The position numbers were made by a program, and so were the translations under genes. Of a stretch of 64,000 nt of DNA, positions 1 to 9,457 are shown in pieces (the stretch's first letter is position 1; each line of letters begins with the position of its first letter). The DNA comes from Candidatus Latescibacterota bacterium (GTDB taxonomy: Bacteria > Latescibacterota > UBA2968). The notes under the pieces are model-generated. The model made no database searches. It saw only the letters and a list, made by a program, of their open reading frames with translations, and was not told the origin of the DNA. Location: the NCBI GenBank assembly GCA_965198115.1, contig OZ240241.1, positions 2,880,001-2,944,000 on the forward strand. Direction: 5' to 3'.

Positions 1-118
1 CCAGAGAGACCCGTAGGAGGGTCCAGTCGCTCCGCCACGAGCCTCAGTGGGCCAGACATGGGTAGCTTTCGTTACATGTATATATAGATTAATTAATTAA
101 TCAACTATTTCTTGACTA

Positions 119-291
119 AGTGCATGGTTTAATAAATATTATTACGTATGTCCTGAACATTATTTGTAGCTTATGTTCTCCTTCAAAAGGAGGAGAACAA
201 TGCCAAGACGTTCGCCTTATGTGGTGCTACTGTCTGAGAAGGAACGGGTCGACCTCGAGCGAATGGCTGGACAATATACGTTACCGTATTA
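119..291 (+). mobile_element. Truncated left-end fragment of IS630-B (includes first ~30 codons of transposase)
   Basis: Near-identical to 31829-32001 (gtgcatggtt...atgccaagacgttcgccttatgtgg...), with several substitutions at both fragment edges. Confidence 0.9.
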
Positions 292-775
292 CGACCGTGC
301 GACCGTCTGGCGTTTTGACTGGTCTCATTTCCTTCACCCGCATCGAGATCGGATAGCGTCCAGCGTATTTGATGAAGTCCGTAAGGCGGATCAGTATCGA
401 TCGTTCAGGCTGACTCACGGTGACGCCGGCGGCGGCGGCGAGCTGCAGTAACTCGTGGTCGCCAGCGTCTTTCACGCCGACGTAGATATCGTTCTTGACG
501 AGCGCATGCGCTTTGGTAGGGTCCTCCCAAACTCGATGCCGCCTGATGTACATCCCCTTCAGTAGGCACTCCAAGGCTATTCCGAGGAGCATGGCTTCGA
601 CGCGCGCCAGTGGGTCCATCGCGTTATCGAATGGTTGCACCTTGGCCTTCACCGCCATCGCTGCGGCCAGTAGGTCTTTCGCAGATACCTGCCAAGCGGC
701 AGGATTCTCGCCCGCGTTGCCATACGCCCACTTCAGGAAGTCAACTATCGGAGGATTGCTCTCGTCCAATTCCAT
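281..775 (-). CDS. HEPN-like domain protein, 3' end probably clipped by the IS630-B fragment
   Basis: GAGG RBS before ATG; motifs LLGIALECLLKG, GDHELLQLA, FIKYAGRYP match the HEPN (E..K, H.L..L, RYP) pattern. Confidence 0.55.
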   Translation of the reverse strand: MELDESNPPIVDFLKWAYGNAGENPAAWQVSAKDLLAAAMAVKAKVQPFDNAMDPLARVEAMLLGIALECLLKGMYIRRHRVWEDPTKAHALVKNDIYVGVKDAGDHELLQLAAAAGVTVSQPERSILIRLTDFIKYAGRYPISMRVKEMRPVKTPDGRTVVIR

Positions 776-1111
776 TTCCTCTATACCTGCGCGTGCCGCC
801 CCTTCACGGCGTGGCTTTTTGCAGGACTCTCAGGACTTGACCCGAGATATATTGGCAATGCGTCCACTATGATCCCCTCATCAGATCCCTCTTTCTGAAG
901 GGGAATCCATTGGACCTTCGAAGACGTCGGTGGACCGATCTGCTGATAGCGGCGCTCCGACCGCTACGAGTAATGGACTAAGCATCCCCCCACGCTCGTA
1001 AGCCGCATCGAGGGTTCTCCAACGCTCGGAGCGCCACGCGTTGTCATAGCCGAGTTCCGACAGCAGCACCTTGATAACACCCCGAAGCAAGAACTCGCCG
1101 GTGAAGATGAA

Positions 1112-1919
1112 AGGGACATTCTGGCCTGCGAGACTTATCGGGGCACCTTTCACTACAACAAGCAGCGCTTTACGACGGACCCTGTCACGGGAATCAAGAA
1201 AAGACAACCCAAGCCTCGGTCTGAATGGGTCTCGTGCACCGTACCCAGAATCATCGAGGACGCTCTGTGGAAGAAGGCCCAGTCTGCCTCAAAGGATGGA
1301 CGCAAGTCTCAGGGCGTCCGCACCGACGCGACCGAATATCTGTTGGGCAAGCTCCTCCGTTGCGGAGTCTGTCACGAAGAAGGCCGAGATTACCGCGGTG
1401 AGGGACGCGTGATCTATGGCCAACGGTCGAACCTGATCGACGGACGCCTCTACTGCAACGCCAAATACAATCAGTTCGGTAAGAGGTGCAGCGCGCCCAG
1501 CCAAAAAATCTCCGATGTGAACACGCGAGTTTGTAGACAGGTTCATCGGATGTTAATGAAGCCCGTGAAAATCTTGCAGATCTGGCAGTCACAGTTCGAT
1601 TCGGGTGACGCAGAGGCGATGGCACAGCGACTCGAAAAGCTACGAAAGAAGAGGGACGGTCTTACCGGACAGCTTGAGAGGGCAGACGATGCGTATGTGT
1701 CCGGGCCGCTGACGGGTACCCGGTATCAGAAGCAAGTGGACAGGATCCAAGCAGAAGGCGTGCACCTGGATCAAGAGATTCATCAGATAACTGCCAAGCT
1801 GGATGCGCGCGAGGGGGCCGACGCACTTAAGGATAGTCTCGCCCACGCGCTGACGTTTGCGGGCGATGGCATCCTCTCGCTAGTCGATGTCGACGATACG
1901 GTTCCATCTTTTCTCGTAA
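1112..1919 (+). pseudogene. Large serine recombinase, central fragment (recombinase domain end, Zn ribbon, coiled coil); N-terminal catalytic domain missing; interrupted by IS256-A
   Basis: Open frame RDILACETYRGTFHYNK...EWVSCTVPRIIEDALWKKAQ...YLLGKLLRCGVC...YC...C followed by a coiled coil. Confidence 0.85.
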
Positions 1920-3307
1920 GGTGTTGTGCCTATCGTAGTTGAAACTTAGAGGGCTCCAAACTTACGTTGGGTAGACGTGTAGGAGCGTATACCCGTAAGA
2001 AAGGAGCCCAGATGGAGAAGCTATTTGTAGGCGATGGTGAAGTCAAGGTTGAGGGCGATGTCATCGATTTGGAGACGCGTTTGTCGGTGATCCAGGCGTT
2101 GATCCCGTTGGGTCTGGAGGCAGTGGCAGACCTCCTCCAGCAGGAGGTCGAGCAGCTCGCAGGCGTTCGGTATGCGCGCAAAGGTTCGGAGCAGGCGCAT
2201 CGTCGGTGGGGAAGCCAGAAGGGATCCGTGTATCTGATGGACCAGAAGCTCCCGTTAGACGTTCCCCGGGTGCGCGACGTCGAGGCCGACGCAGAGGTTT
2301 CCCTGGCTGCATACCGGGCTCTACAGACGCCCAAGAAGACGGACGAGGGGCTGTTGCTTCGTGTTCTCAAGGGGATCTCGTGCCGCAACTACAAGGCCTG
2401 TGCCGAATCGGTTCCAGAAGCGTTTGGTATCTCAGCGTCCTCCGTCTCGCGGCGGTTCATCAAAGCCACCGCGAAGAAGCTGAAGCAGTTCCAGGAGCGT
2501 CCCCTCGACGACTACGGCTTCGTGACCCTGTTCATTGACGGAAAGAGCTTTGCCGACGAAGAGATCGTGATCGCTCCGGGGGTCACGATGGACGGCCAGA
2601 AGATCCCCCTGGGCTTCGTCGAATCGGCGACGGAGAACGAACGGATCTGCCGCCAGCTGATCCAGGACCTCATCCGGAGAGGCCTGTGCTACGACCAGGG
2701 CCTTCTCGTTGTGCTTGACGGCTCAAAGGGACTCCGCAGTGCTGTCACCAAAGCCCTCAAAGGGTATGTGCGCGTGCATCGCTGTCAGTGGCACAAGCGC
2801 GAGAATGTCGTCAGCTATCTCCCGGAGAGGGAACGTCCAAGAGTTCGACGGAAGCTCCAGAAAGCCTATGACTGCGACACCTACGAGGAGGCAAAGGCCG
2901 CACTCGAATCACTTAAACCCGAACTGAAGCTGATGAATCAGTCTGCCGTAACGAGCCTCGAGGAAGGCCTGGAGGAAACCCTGACCCTCCACCGGCTGGG
3001 TATGCTCCCATTCCTGAAACGAAGCTTCCGAACCACCAACTGCATCGAAGCCCTCAACAGCAGGACCGGCGAGCTCACTCGGAAGGTCAGACGCTGGAAC
3101 AACTCTCCCCAGAGACACAGATGGGTGGCTGCCGCACTCCTCGACATCGAACCTCGCCTGCGACGCGTGAGCGGATACAAACATCTTCCCCTACTCAGGC
3201 AAGCACTGAACAAAAATCTGAATCTCGACAACGAACAGAATGCTCAAAAGAGAGCCTGACCAAACTACGGGGCCCGATGAGTTTTCAACTGACTATGGGA
3301 CTTGACC
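1920..3307 (+). mobile_element. IS256-family element A, copy 1 (1388 bp)
   Basis: Imperfect IRs ggtgttgtgcctatcgtagttgaaac / gttttcaactgactatgggacttgacc; tctcgtaa duplicated at 1912-1919 and 3310-3317; near-identical inverted copy at 6414-7801. Confidence 0.95.
2012..3259 (+). CDS. IS256 (Mutator) family transposase
   Basis: FIDGK, LVVLDG, RCQWHK, RTTNCIE motifs; AAGGAG RBS before ATG 2012. Confidence 0.95.
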   Translation: MEKLFVGDGEVKVEGDVIDLETRLSVIQALIPLGLEAVADLLQQEVEQLAGVRYARKGSEQAHRRWGSQKGSVYLMDQKLPLDVPRVRDVEADAEVSLAAYRALQTPKKTDEGLLLRVLKGISCRNYKACAESVPEAFGISASSVSRRFIKATAKKLKQFQERPLDDYGFVTLFIDGKSFADEEIVIAPGVTMDGQKIPLGFVESATENERICRQLIQDLIRRGLCYDQGLLVVLDGSKGLRSAVTKALKGYVRVHRCQWHKRENVVSYLPERERPRVRRKLQKAYDCDTYEEAKAALESLKPELKLMNQSAVTSLEEGLEETLTLHRLGMLPFLKRSFRTTNCIEALNSRTGELTRKVRRWNNSPQRHRWVAAALLDIEPRLRRVSGYKHLPLLRQALNKNLNLDNEQNAQKRA

Positions 3308-3511
3308 TCTCTCGTAAAGAATAGAAGCTACTCAGATCTTCAGCTGAAGCAGTTTCGAATGCGCAAGGCCATCATCCACGCCTGTGTCGAGCGAATTCAT
3401 CTACATCCAGGGGGCGAGATGGTTTTGGATTACCGGGTGAATCCCCGTAAACTCTCGGCAGGTTTTCGGTCTGTCGACAGTCTTAAACATCAAAGTTGTA
3501 CTAAGACGCTA
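3308..3511 (+). pseudogene. C-terminal continuation of the large serine recombinase; interrupted again by IS630-A and may end at TGA ~4744
   Basis: Joins the 1112-1919 frame across the duplication (PSFLV|KNRSY...RKAIIHACVERIHL, a typical LSR C-terminal motif). Confidence 0.7.
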
Positions 3512-4679
3512 GTGTCACGTCCCGCGTATAAGCTTCAAAAGTTTATGGACTTTCTCGAGGATTGAATCTGCCGTGGCGGTCCAGACGAAGGGTGTAGAAT
3601 TCTCGTTGTAGTGATCAGTGAATTTCTTGATGCAGGCGATCAGGTCCTTGACGCTTCTGAAGGTGCCTCGTCGAATGGCTCTTTGGGTGATGATACCGAA
3701 CCAGATCTCTACCTGGTTCAGCCAGGAGGCATATGTTGGTGTGTAGTGCACGTGATATCGTTTCCGTGAGGCGAGCCAACGCTTGACGTTCGGGTGCTTG
3801 TGCGTGCCGTAATTATCGACGACCAGATGGATGTCGAGATCCTTTGGGACGTTCTTGTCGATGTGCTTGAGGAACTGAAGGAACTCTTTGTTGCGGTGTC
3901 TGGGCTTGCACTGAGTCAGAACTTTGCCGGATGCGATGTTGAGCGCTGCAAAGAGGGTGGTCGTGCCGTTCCGGATATAGCTGTGAGTGACGCCCTCGAC
4001 GTATCCGAGACCCAAAGGAAGAATCGGTTGTGTCCGTTCGAGTGCTTGAATCTGGCTCTTCTCGTCTACACAGAGCACCATCGCGTTGTCCGGTGGGTTC
4101 AGGTATAGACCGACGATATCCCTGACTTTCTCGACGAAGAAGGGATCGTTCGACAGTTTGAAGTGCTTCTGTCGATGCGGTTGCAGTCCAAAAGCTTTCC
4201 ATACACGTTGAACCGAGGACTTGGAGAGCCCCGTCTCGTCGGCCATCGAACGACAGGTCCAGTGGGTGGCACCCTTCGGTTGCTTCTTGAGCGTCTTGTA
4301 GATGAGGGAGGAGATCTCTTCGTCGCTGACCGACCGTGGCCCTCCAGGACGCAATTCGTCATACAGTCCCATCAAGCCTTGCTCGCAGAAGCGACGACGC
4401 CACTTGCCGACAGACGCTCCGGACAACCCGACTCGTTCCGCGATCTCCTGATTGGTCAGACCGCAATCGCTCATCAAGACGATCTTCGCGCGACGCACCA
4501 AAGCGTGAGACATGCTACGCGAACGAGACAATGACTCGAGTTGATCGTGGACCTCATCACTGATGTTCAGTGGCTGTAACGGACGACCTCTAGCCATCGG
4601 TTCCTCCCAAGAATGAGTGCTTGAGGAACCATACGACAGAATCGAATATTTTTCTAGTTATTCCTGGGACGTGACACTA
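3510..4679 (-). mobile_element. IS630-family element A, copy 1
   Basis: Perfect IRs tagtgtcacgtccc / gggacgtgacacta in a CTAG target; near-identical to 27691-28860. Confidence 0.95.
3515..4597 (-). CDS. IS630 family transposase
   Basis: HTH N-terminus; VDEKSQIQAL, VVDNYGTHK, SWLNQVEIWF DDE motifs. Confidence 0.95.
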   Translation of the reverse strand: MARGRPLQPLNISDEVHDQLESLSRSRSMSHALVRRAKIVLMSDCGLTNQEIAERVGLSGASVGKWRRRFCEQGLMGLYDELRPGGPRSVSDEEISSLIYKTLKKQPKGATHWTCRSMADETGLSKSSVQRVWKAFGLQPHRQKHFKLSNDPFFVEKVRDIVGLYLNPPDNAMVLCVDEKSQIQALERTQPILPLGLGYVEGVTHSYIRNGTTTLFAALNIASGKVLTQCKPRHRNKEFLQFLKHIDKNVPKDLDIHLVVDNYGTHKHPNVKRWLASRKRYHVHYTPTYASWLNQVEIWFGIITQRAIRRGTFRSVKDLIACIKKFTDHYNENSTPFVWTATADSILEKVHKLLKLIRGT

Positions 4680-4730
4680 GTTAGAAGTTTAAAGGGGGTT
4701 GAAGCGGAGATAAGTGTTCGGGTAGACACC

Positions 4731-4890
4731 CGAACAATAACCTGATGTTCTTTCGCCATTTATAATTACTCCTAAGTAAACTTTATTTCACCAGTTCCGT
4801 AGGCTTGGTGGTAGGAAGTTCGATTGTTTCGGACGATACGCAAAGCCCTGGGCAAGCCAGGTTATCAGGACGGGAAGGCGCCGTCCGTTT
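4731..4890. repeat. 160-bp repeat X; inverted copy at 35226-35385 and partial copies at 35526-35569, 35939-35997, 4993-5009
   Basis: Direct comparison: 2 mismatches in 160 bp against the reverse complement of 35226-35385. Confidence 0.9.
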
Positions 4891-4892
4891 CC

Positions 4893-4950
4893 AACCGCTT
4901 TGAGCGGTTCACAAGTTTTCAAGCCTCCGGCTTTGCCGGAGGTCATGACT
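4893..4950 (+). mobile_element. Isolated IS200/IS605-like end (two hairpins), no transposase
   Basis: Hairpins aaccgct-ttg-agcggtt and cctccggc-ttt-gccggagg followed by tcatgact, resembling IS200-type right ends as I recall them. Confidence 0.5.
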
Positions 4951-5031
4951 CTCCCGCAGATCGTTCTCACGAAACACCACGTAAACTTTGGGCATTTATA
5001 ATTACTCCTTTAACCGTTTACGATTCAGGAG

Positions 5032-6405
5032 GAGCTCAGGTCAATAGGTGTGTAAAAGAAATCAGGCGGCCATCTTCCCGGCTTCGACCTGCGGTTCGGT
5101 TGAGTGTTTCTGATCGTAGACTTGTTGTAGCAAGTGTGGCGCGGTGAGTTTCCTGAATCGGCTCTCTGCGACCTTGAGCGTACGCCAGATGAGAGCCGTG
5201 GCGTTCCTGACTTTCTTGAATCGCCTGGCGGCGTTTGTGCGAAGCCGAACGGAAGCAAAGGGGCTCTCGACGACGTTCGTGGTTCTCAGGTGTTTCCAGT
5301 GTTCCTTCGGGAAGTCGTAGAACGTGACCATCCGATCCCAGTCTCTTTCGAGCGTCTCCACGGCGGCAGGGAACTGTGAGCGATACCGTGCGGCAAAGCG
5401 TTTCCGGAGCTTCTCGGCCTCCTTTTTCGTGCCGGCATAGGGGATCTGGACGAGCAGTGCGCGGGCTTCAGCCTGTGCACGCTTGGCGACCTTGTCGAGC
5501 ACGTTGAGGATCTTGTGGTTCCAGCACCGTTGTTGCCGGCTCTCTGGCCAGACCTGATCAACGGCCGCCCAGATGCCCATATTCCCGTCCGCGGCGATCA
5601 GGACAGGATGTTCGAGCCCGCGATCCCGGAGATCCCGGAGCACCGTGAGCCAGGATTCTGTAGACTCTCGATAACCGGGTTCTATCGCCAGGATCTCCTT
5701 GCTGCCGTCGCTCATCGCGCCGATCACGACCAGCAGACACGCCTTCTCGCGCTCGAGCCCGGCTTTGACGTAGATGCCATCAGCCCAGGCGTAGACCAGT
5801 TCGCGATTATCCAGACGCCTTTCTTTCCAGTCCTGGAAGTCGACCTCCCACTTCCCTCGAAGACGAGCGATCGAGGTCGGCGAAAGCGGCGCGCCATCAC
5901 CGAGCAGCGCACGCAAAGACAACTCGAAGTCGCCCTGGGAGAGACCGTGGAGATAAAGGTCGGGAAGCAGATCTCCAATGGCCCTGGTTCTCCGGGCGAA
6001 CAGGGGGAGGATGCGGCTTTCAAACCGCTCTTCCAGACCACGAATCCGGGGACGCCGGACCTTGATCGTTCCGCAGCTCGTCGAGAGACGCCGGGGCTTG
6101 CCGTAGCCGTTCCTGTAGCCCCTGGAGCTATCGACCTCGGCTCGGCGCTCATACCACGACCGGCCCAAGAACGCGGTCGCCTCCTCCTCCAGAATGGACT
6201 GGAACCGGCCCTGGATCTCTTCACGGATCCAATCGTCAACCGTCTCCCACGTCGGCATGGACTTCAATGGGGCTCTATGCGTATGTTCCTTCACGGCGAT
6301 CCTCCTTCCCAACCGGGCCTCTCACCCGGTTTTGTGTGAATCAACTATCTCACGGGAAGGGTAGGGTCGCCCTTTCTCTTTTTCCACACCTTTTGATTAT
6401 AGTTC
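5032..6405 (-). mobile_element. IS256-family element B, copy 1 (1374 bp); matching TSD not adjacent
   Basis: Same ends as the copies at 36160-37533 and 60205-61578; right flank is caagcaga, left flank unrelated. Confidence 0.95.
5062..6294 (-). CDS. IS256 family transposase
   Basis: YRNGY, WADGIY, QRCWNHK, RTTNVVES motifs; GGAGG RBS before GTG. Confidence 0.95.
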   Translation of the reverse strand: MKEHTHRAPLKSMPTWETVDDWIREEIQGRFQSILEEEATAFLGRSWYERRAEVDSSRGYRNGYGKPRRLSTSCGTIKVRRPRIRGLEERFESRILPLFARRTRAIGDLLPDLYLHGLSQGDFELSLRALLGDGAPLSPTSIARLRGKWEVDFQDWKERRLDNRELVYAWADGIYVKAGLEREKACLLVVIGAMSDGSKEILAIEPGYRESTESWLTVLRDLRDRGLEHPVLIAADGNMGIWAAVDQVWPESRQQRCWNHKILNVLDKVAKRAQAEARALLVQIPYAGTKKEAEKLRKRFAARYRSQFPAAVETLERDWDRMVTFYDFPKEHWKHLRTTNVVESPFASVRLRTNAARRFKKVRNATALIWRTLKVAESRFRKLTAPHLLQQVYDQKHSTEPQVEAGKMAA

Positions 6406-6413
6406 CAAGCAGA

Positions 6414-7801
6414 GGTCAAGTCCCATAGTCAGTTGAAAACTCATCGGGCCCCGTAGTTTGGTCAGGCTCTCTTTTGAGCATTCTGTTCGTTGTCGAGATT
6501 CAGATTTTTGTTCAGTGCTTGCCTGAGTAGGGGAAGATGTTTGTATCCGCTCACGCGTCGCAGGCGAGGTTCGATGTCGAGGAGTGCGGCAGCCACCCAT
6601 CTGTGTCTCTGGGGAGAGTTGTTCCAGCGTCTGACCTTCCGAGTGAGCTCGCCGGTCCTGCTGTTGAGGGCTTCGATGCAGTTGGTGGTTCGGAAGCTTC
6701 GTTTCAGGAATGGGAGCATACCCAGCCGGTGGAGGGTCAGGGTTTCCTCCAGGCCTTCCTCGAGGCTCGTTACGGCAGACTGATTCATCAGCTTCAGTTC
6801 GGGTTTAAGTGATTCGAGTGCGGCCTTTGCCTCCTCGTAGGTGTCGCAGTCATAGGCTTTCTGGAGCTTCCGTCGAACTCTTGGACGTTCCCTCTCCGGG
6901 AGATAGCTGACGACATTCTCGCGCTTGTGCCACTGACAGCGATGCACGCGCACATACCCTTTGAGGGCTTTGGTGACAGCACTGCGGAGTCCCTTTGAGC
7001 CGTCAAGCACAACGAGAAGGCCCTGGTCGTAGCACAGGCCTCTCCGGATGAGGTCCTGGATCAGCTGGCGGCAGATCCGTTCGTTCTCCGTCGCCGATTC
7101 GACGAAGCCCAGGGGGATCTTCTGGCCGTCCATCGTGACCCCCAGAGCGATCACGATCTCTTCGTCGGCAAAGCTCTTTCCGTCAATGAACAGGGTCACG
7201 AAGCCGTAGTCGTCGAGGGGACGCTCCTGGAACTGCTTCCGCTTCTTCGCGGTGGCTTTGATGAACCGCCGCGAGACGGAGGACGCTGAGATACCAAACG
7301 CTTCTGGAACCGATTCGGCACAGGCCTTGTAGTTGCGGCACGAGATCCCCTTGAGAACACGAAGCAACAGCCCCTCGTCCGTCTTCTTGGGCGTCTGTAG
7401 AGCCCGGTATGCAGCCAGGGAAACCTCTGCGTCGGCCTCGACGTCGCGCACCCGGGGAACGTCTAACGGGAGCTTCTGGTCCATCAGATACACGGATCCC
7501 TTCTGGCTTCCCCACCGACGATGCGCCTGCTCCGAACCTTTGCGCGCATACCGAACGCCTGCGAGCTGCTCGACCTCCTGCTGGAGGAGGTCTGCCACTG
7601 CCTCCAGACCCAACGGGATCAACGCCTGGATCACCGACAAACGCGTCTCCAAATCGATGACATCGCCCTCAACCTTGACTTCACCATCGCCTACAAATAG
7701 CTTCTCCATCTGGGCTCCTTTCTTACGGGTATACGCTCCTACACGTCTACCCAACGTAAGTTTGGAGCCCTCTAAGTTTCAACTACGATAGGCACAACAC
7801 C
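6414..7801 (-). mobile_element. IS256-family element A, copy 2
   Basis: Inverted copy of 1920-3307; 8-bp TSD caagcaga at 6406-6413 and 7802-7809. Confidence 0.95.
6462..7709 (-). CDS. IS256 family transposase
   Basis: Differs from 2012-3259 by 2 aa. Confidence 0.95.
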   Translation of the reverse strand: MEKLFVGDGEVKVEGDVIDLETRLSVIQALIPLGLEAVADLLQQEVEQLAGVRYARKGSEQAHRRWGSQKGSVYLMDQKLPLDVPRVRDVEADAEVSLAAYRALQTPKKTDEGLLLRVLKGISCRNYKACAESVPEAFGISASSVSRRFIKATAKKRKQFQERPLDDYGFVTLFIDGKSFADEEIVIALGVTMDGQKIPLGFVESATENERICRQLIQDLIRRGLCYDQGLLVVLDGSKGLRSAVTKALKGYVRVHRCQWHKRENVVSYLPERERPRVRRKLQKAYDCDTYEEAKAALESLKPELKLMNQSAVTSLEEGLEETLTLHRLGMLPFLKRSFRTTNCIEALNSRTGELTRKVRRWNNSPQRHRWVAAALLDIEPRLRRVSGYKHLPLLRQALNKNLNLDNEQNAQKRA

Positions 7802-7824
7802 CAAGCAGATTCGGGCGCCCTTTA
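7802..7824 (+). pseudogene. 23-bp internal sliver of the S8 protease gene (KQIRAPF) between two IS elements
   Basis: Links in frame to 9458 (PF|SDFTYVV) and to 36064 on the minus strand (LCD|KQIR). Confidence 0.8.
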
Positions 7825-9455
7825 GCCTGAATCATGCATGAATTTGAGTTTAGGTTGTTTTGGAGTGATGTGATCACGCACAGGATTTGTTCTCGGCTTC
7901 TTCGGATGTCCAAGGTCCCGTAAGCGGTCTCTACGAGTCGCAAGAGTCACGATTTTCGTCCGGAACAGGTGTTGTTTTGCGACGTGTACATAGCTGTCCC
8001 CGGTATAGATCGGCGTTGTTACTGCGTGTTCGTTTCGAGCCTGGTGATGATTGACACCAAGACGTTTTTGAGTGGATACGATGTTGGAAAATGGAATCGG
8101 ATTCTTCGTGCGCTTTCAATGACTCTCGCGCCGATTTTGAGGAAACGGTTCTGTATCGTGTTGACCTGAGGTTTGGTCCACGCGGTGCCCTTGAGTCCCT
8201 GTGATCGGAGTGCGTGAAGCAAGGCGTATGCAGCACTGTGTAGAAAGAGTCGGAACTGGTTGGCTTCAAACTTGTGGCACGATGTTCGATCGGAGTGAAG
8301 GAATGTTTTGTGGTCCTTGATGAAGCCTTCCGTGCGTCCCCTTGCGCAGTAGATACGATCATAGATAAAGCCGTCTCGATTACTCTGTAAATTGGTCACG
8401 CGGTATCTTGGATTTGCTTCGCCGTTTGTGACTTCAGCCTTGTGAATGATCCGGCGAGGCTGCCGGTAGGTGCCAGCCTGATATGAGAAGGATGAGAACA
8501 AGCGAATCGTCTCCTTATGCTCGCTCAGACGTAGCGCTTGGTCCATCAGGTTTTGTCCAGCCGCTTTGAGCTTGGAGTTGGCGCCCTGGCCCAGAACGTA
8601 GTAGATACCGTTGTCTTCGCAGAAATCGTGCATCTCTGGTGAGCTGAACTTTGAGTCTGCGCGAACGATGATCTCCACGTTTGGCCAAGATCCGCGTAGG
8701 TGTTCCACCAAGCGCTTGAGAATAGAAACGACCTGTTTACCGTTCGTCGGATGCCCGGGTCTCAAGATCGTCGTAATGAGCTTGCCGCTTTGGCCTTCAT
8801 AGATATGTAGCGGCATATAGCAGTGTTCATTGTAATACGCGTTGAAGAGTGAAAATTGTTGCGCACCGTGCGTTGGGTCATCCGTGTCGTCGATATCGAG
8901 AATGATGCTTGGGGGTGCCTGGTCATACGATGCGATGAACCCGTCTACAAAAGCCCGTGCGAGCCGATACAAATCCGAGCGTCGCACATCATTCTCAAGT
9001 CGTGTCATCGTTGATTGGCTCCCGAGATCAGGACCGGAAAGAGGAAGCCGATCGCAGGCAGCCTTGACGCCCGGATCGTGGCGCAAATCATCACAATCGA
9101 CGGCATCTTCATAGCCGCAAGCGATCTGAAAAACACGCTGCTTCACAAGATCCAAAAGCGTGTGATCGATATAGCTTGGGTGACGACGATCTCGCAAAGC
9201 ATCTACCATTCTGGCGATCAATCCCATCTGAGACTCAAGGGCGCGAAGCAACAGAACTCCACCGTCACTCCTGACGGCGCCACCGGCAAAATCAGCCTCA
9301 ACTACCTTGCCCGAAATGCTTGCGAATGGTAACCGGATCTGACTAGGTTCTATCACGGTAGTTCCTTCCAAGTGTTGTTTTGATGTGTCAGCCCTAATGT
9401 AGGGAAAAACAAACACTTGTACAAGGAGACTACCTTTTTTATGCATAATTCAGGC
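7825..9455 (-). mobile_element. IS1380-family element
   Basis: IRs gcctgaatcatgcat / atgcataattcaggc, flanked by TA. Confidence 0.9.
8019..9356 (-). CDS. IS1380 family transposase
   Basis: SDGGVLLL, GYEDAVD, LDIDDTDD, VRADS, YCARG.E..IK motifs. Confidence 0.93.
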   Translation of the reverse strand: MIEPSQIRLPFASISGKVVEADFAGGAVRSDGGVLLLRALESQMGLIARMVDALRDRRHPSYIDHTLLDLVKQRVFQIACGYEDAVDCDDLRHDPGVKAACDRLPLSGPDLGSQSTMTRLENDVRRSDLYRLARAFVDGFIASYDQAPPSIILDIDDTDDPTHGAQQFSLFNAYYNEHCYMPLHIYEGQSGKLITTILRPGHPTNGKQVVSILKRLVEHLRGSWPNVEIIVRADSKFSSPEMHDFCEDNGIYYVLGQGANSKLKAAGQNLMDQALRLSEHKETIRLFSSFSYQAGTYRQPRRIIHKAEVTNGEANPRYRVTNLQSNRDGFIYDRIYCARGRTEGFIKDHKTFLHSDRTSCHKFEANQFRLFLHSAAYALLHALRSQGLKGTAWTKPQVNTIQNRFLKIGARVIESARRIRFHFPTSYPLKNVLVSIITRLETNTQ

Positions 9456-9457
9456 TA

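Noticed and set aside
881-1207. Complete 108-aa protein
   Set aside because: Its 5' part is antisense to the recombinase fragment; at best it is the C-terminal stub of a deleted gene with no recognisable family.
5515-6339. 274-aa antisense ORF repeated in all IS256-B copies, and similar long shadow ORFs (48903-50210, 44148-45230, 54722-55792)
   Set aside because: Alternate-frame or antisense shadows of real genes in GC-rich DNA, with no motifs; the repetition only reflects IS copy number.
1920-7801. Composite transposon or invertible segment bounded by the inverted IS256-A pair
   Set aside because: Each copy has its own flanking duplication (tctcgtaa; caagcaga), so they are independent insertions.
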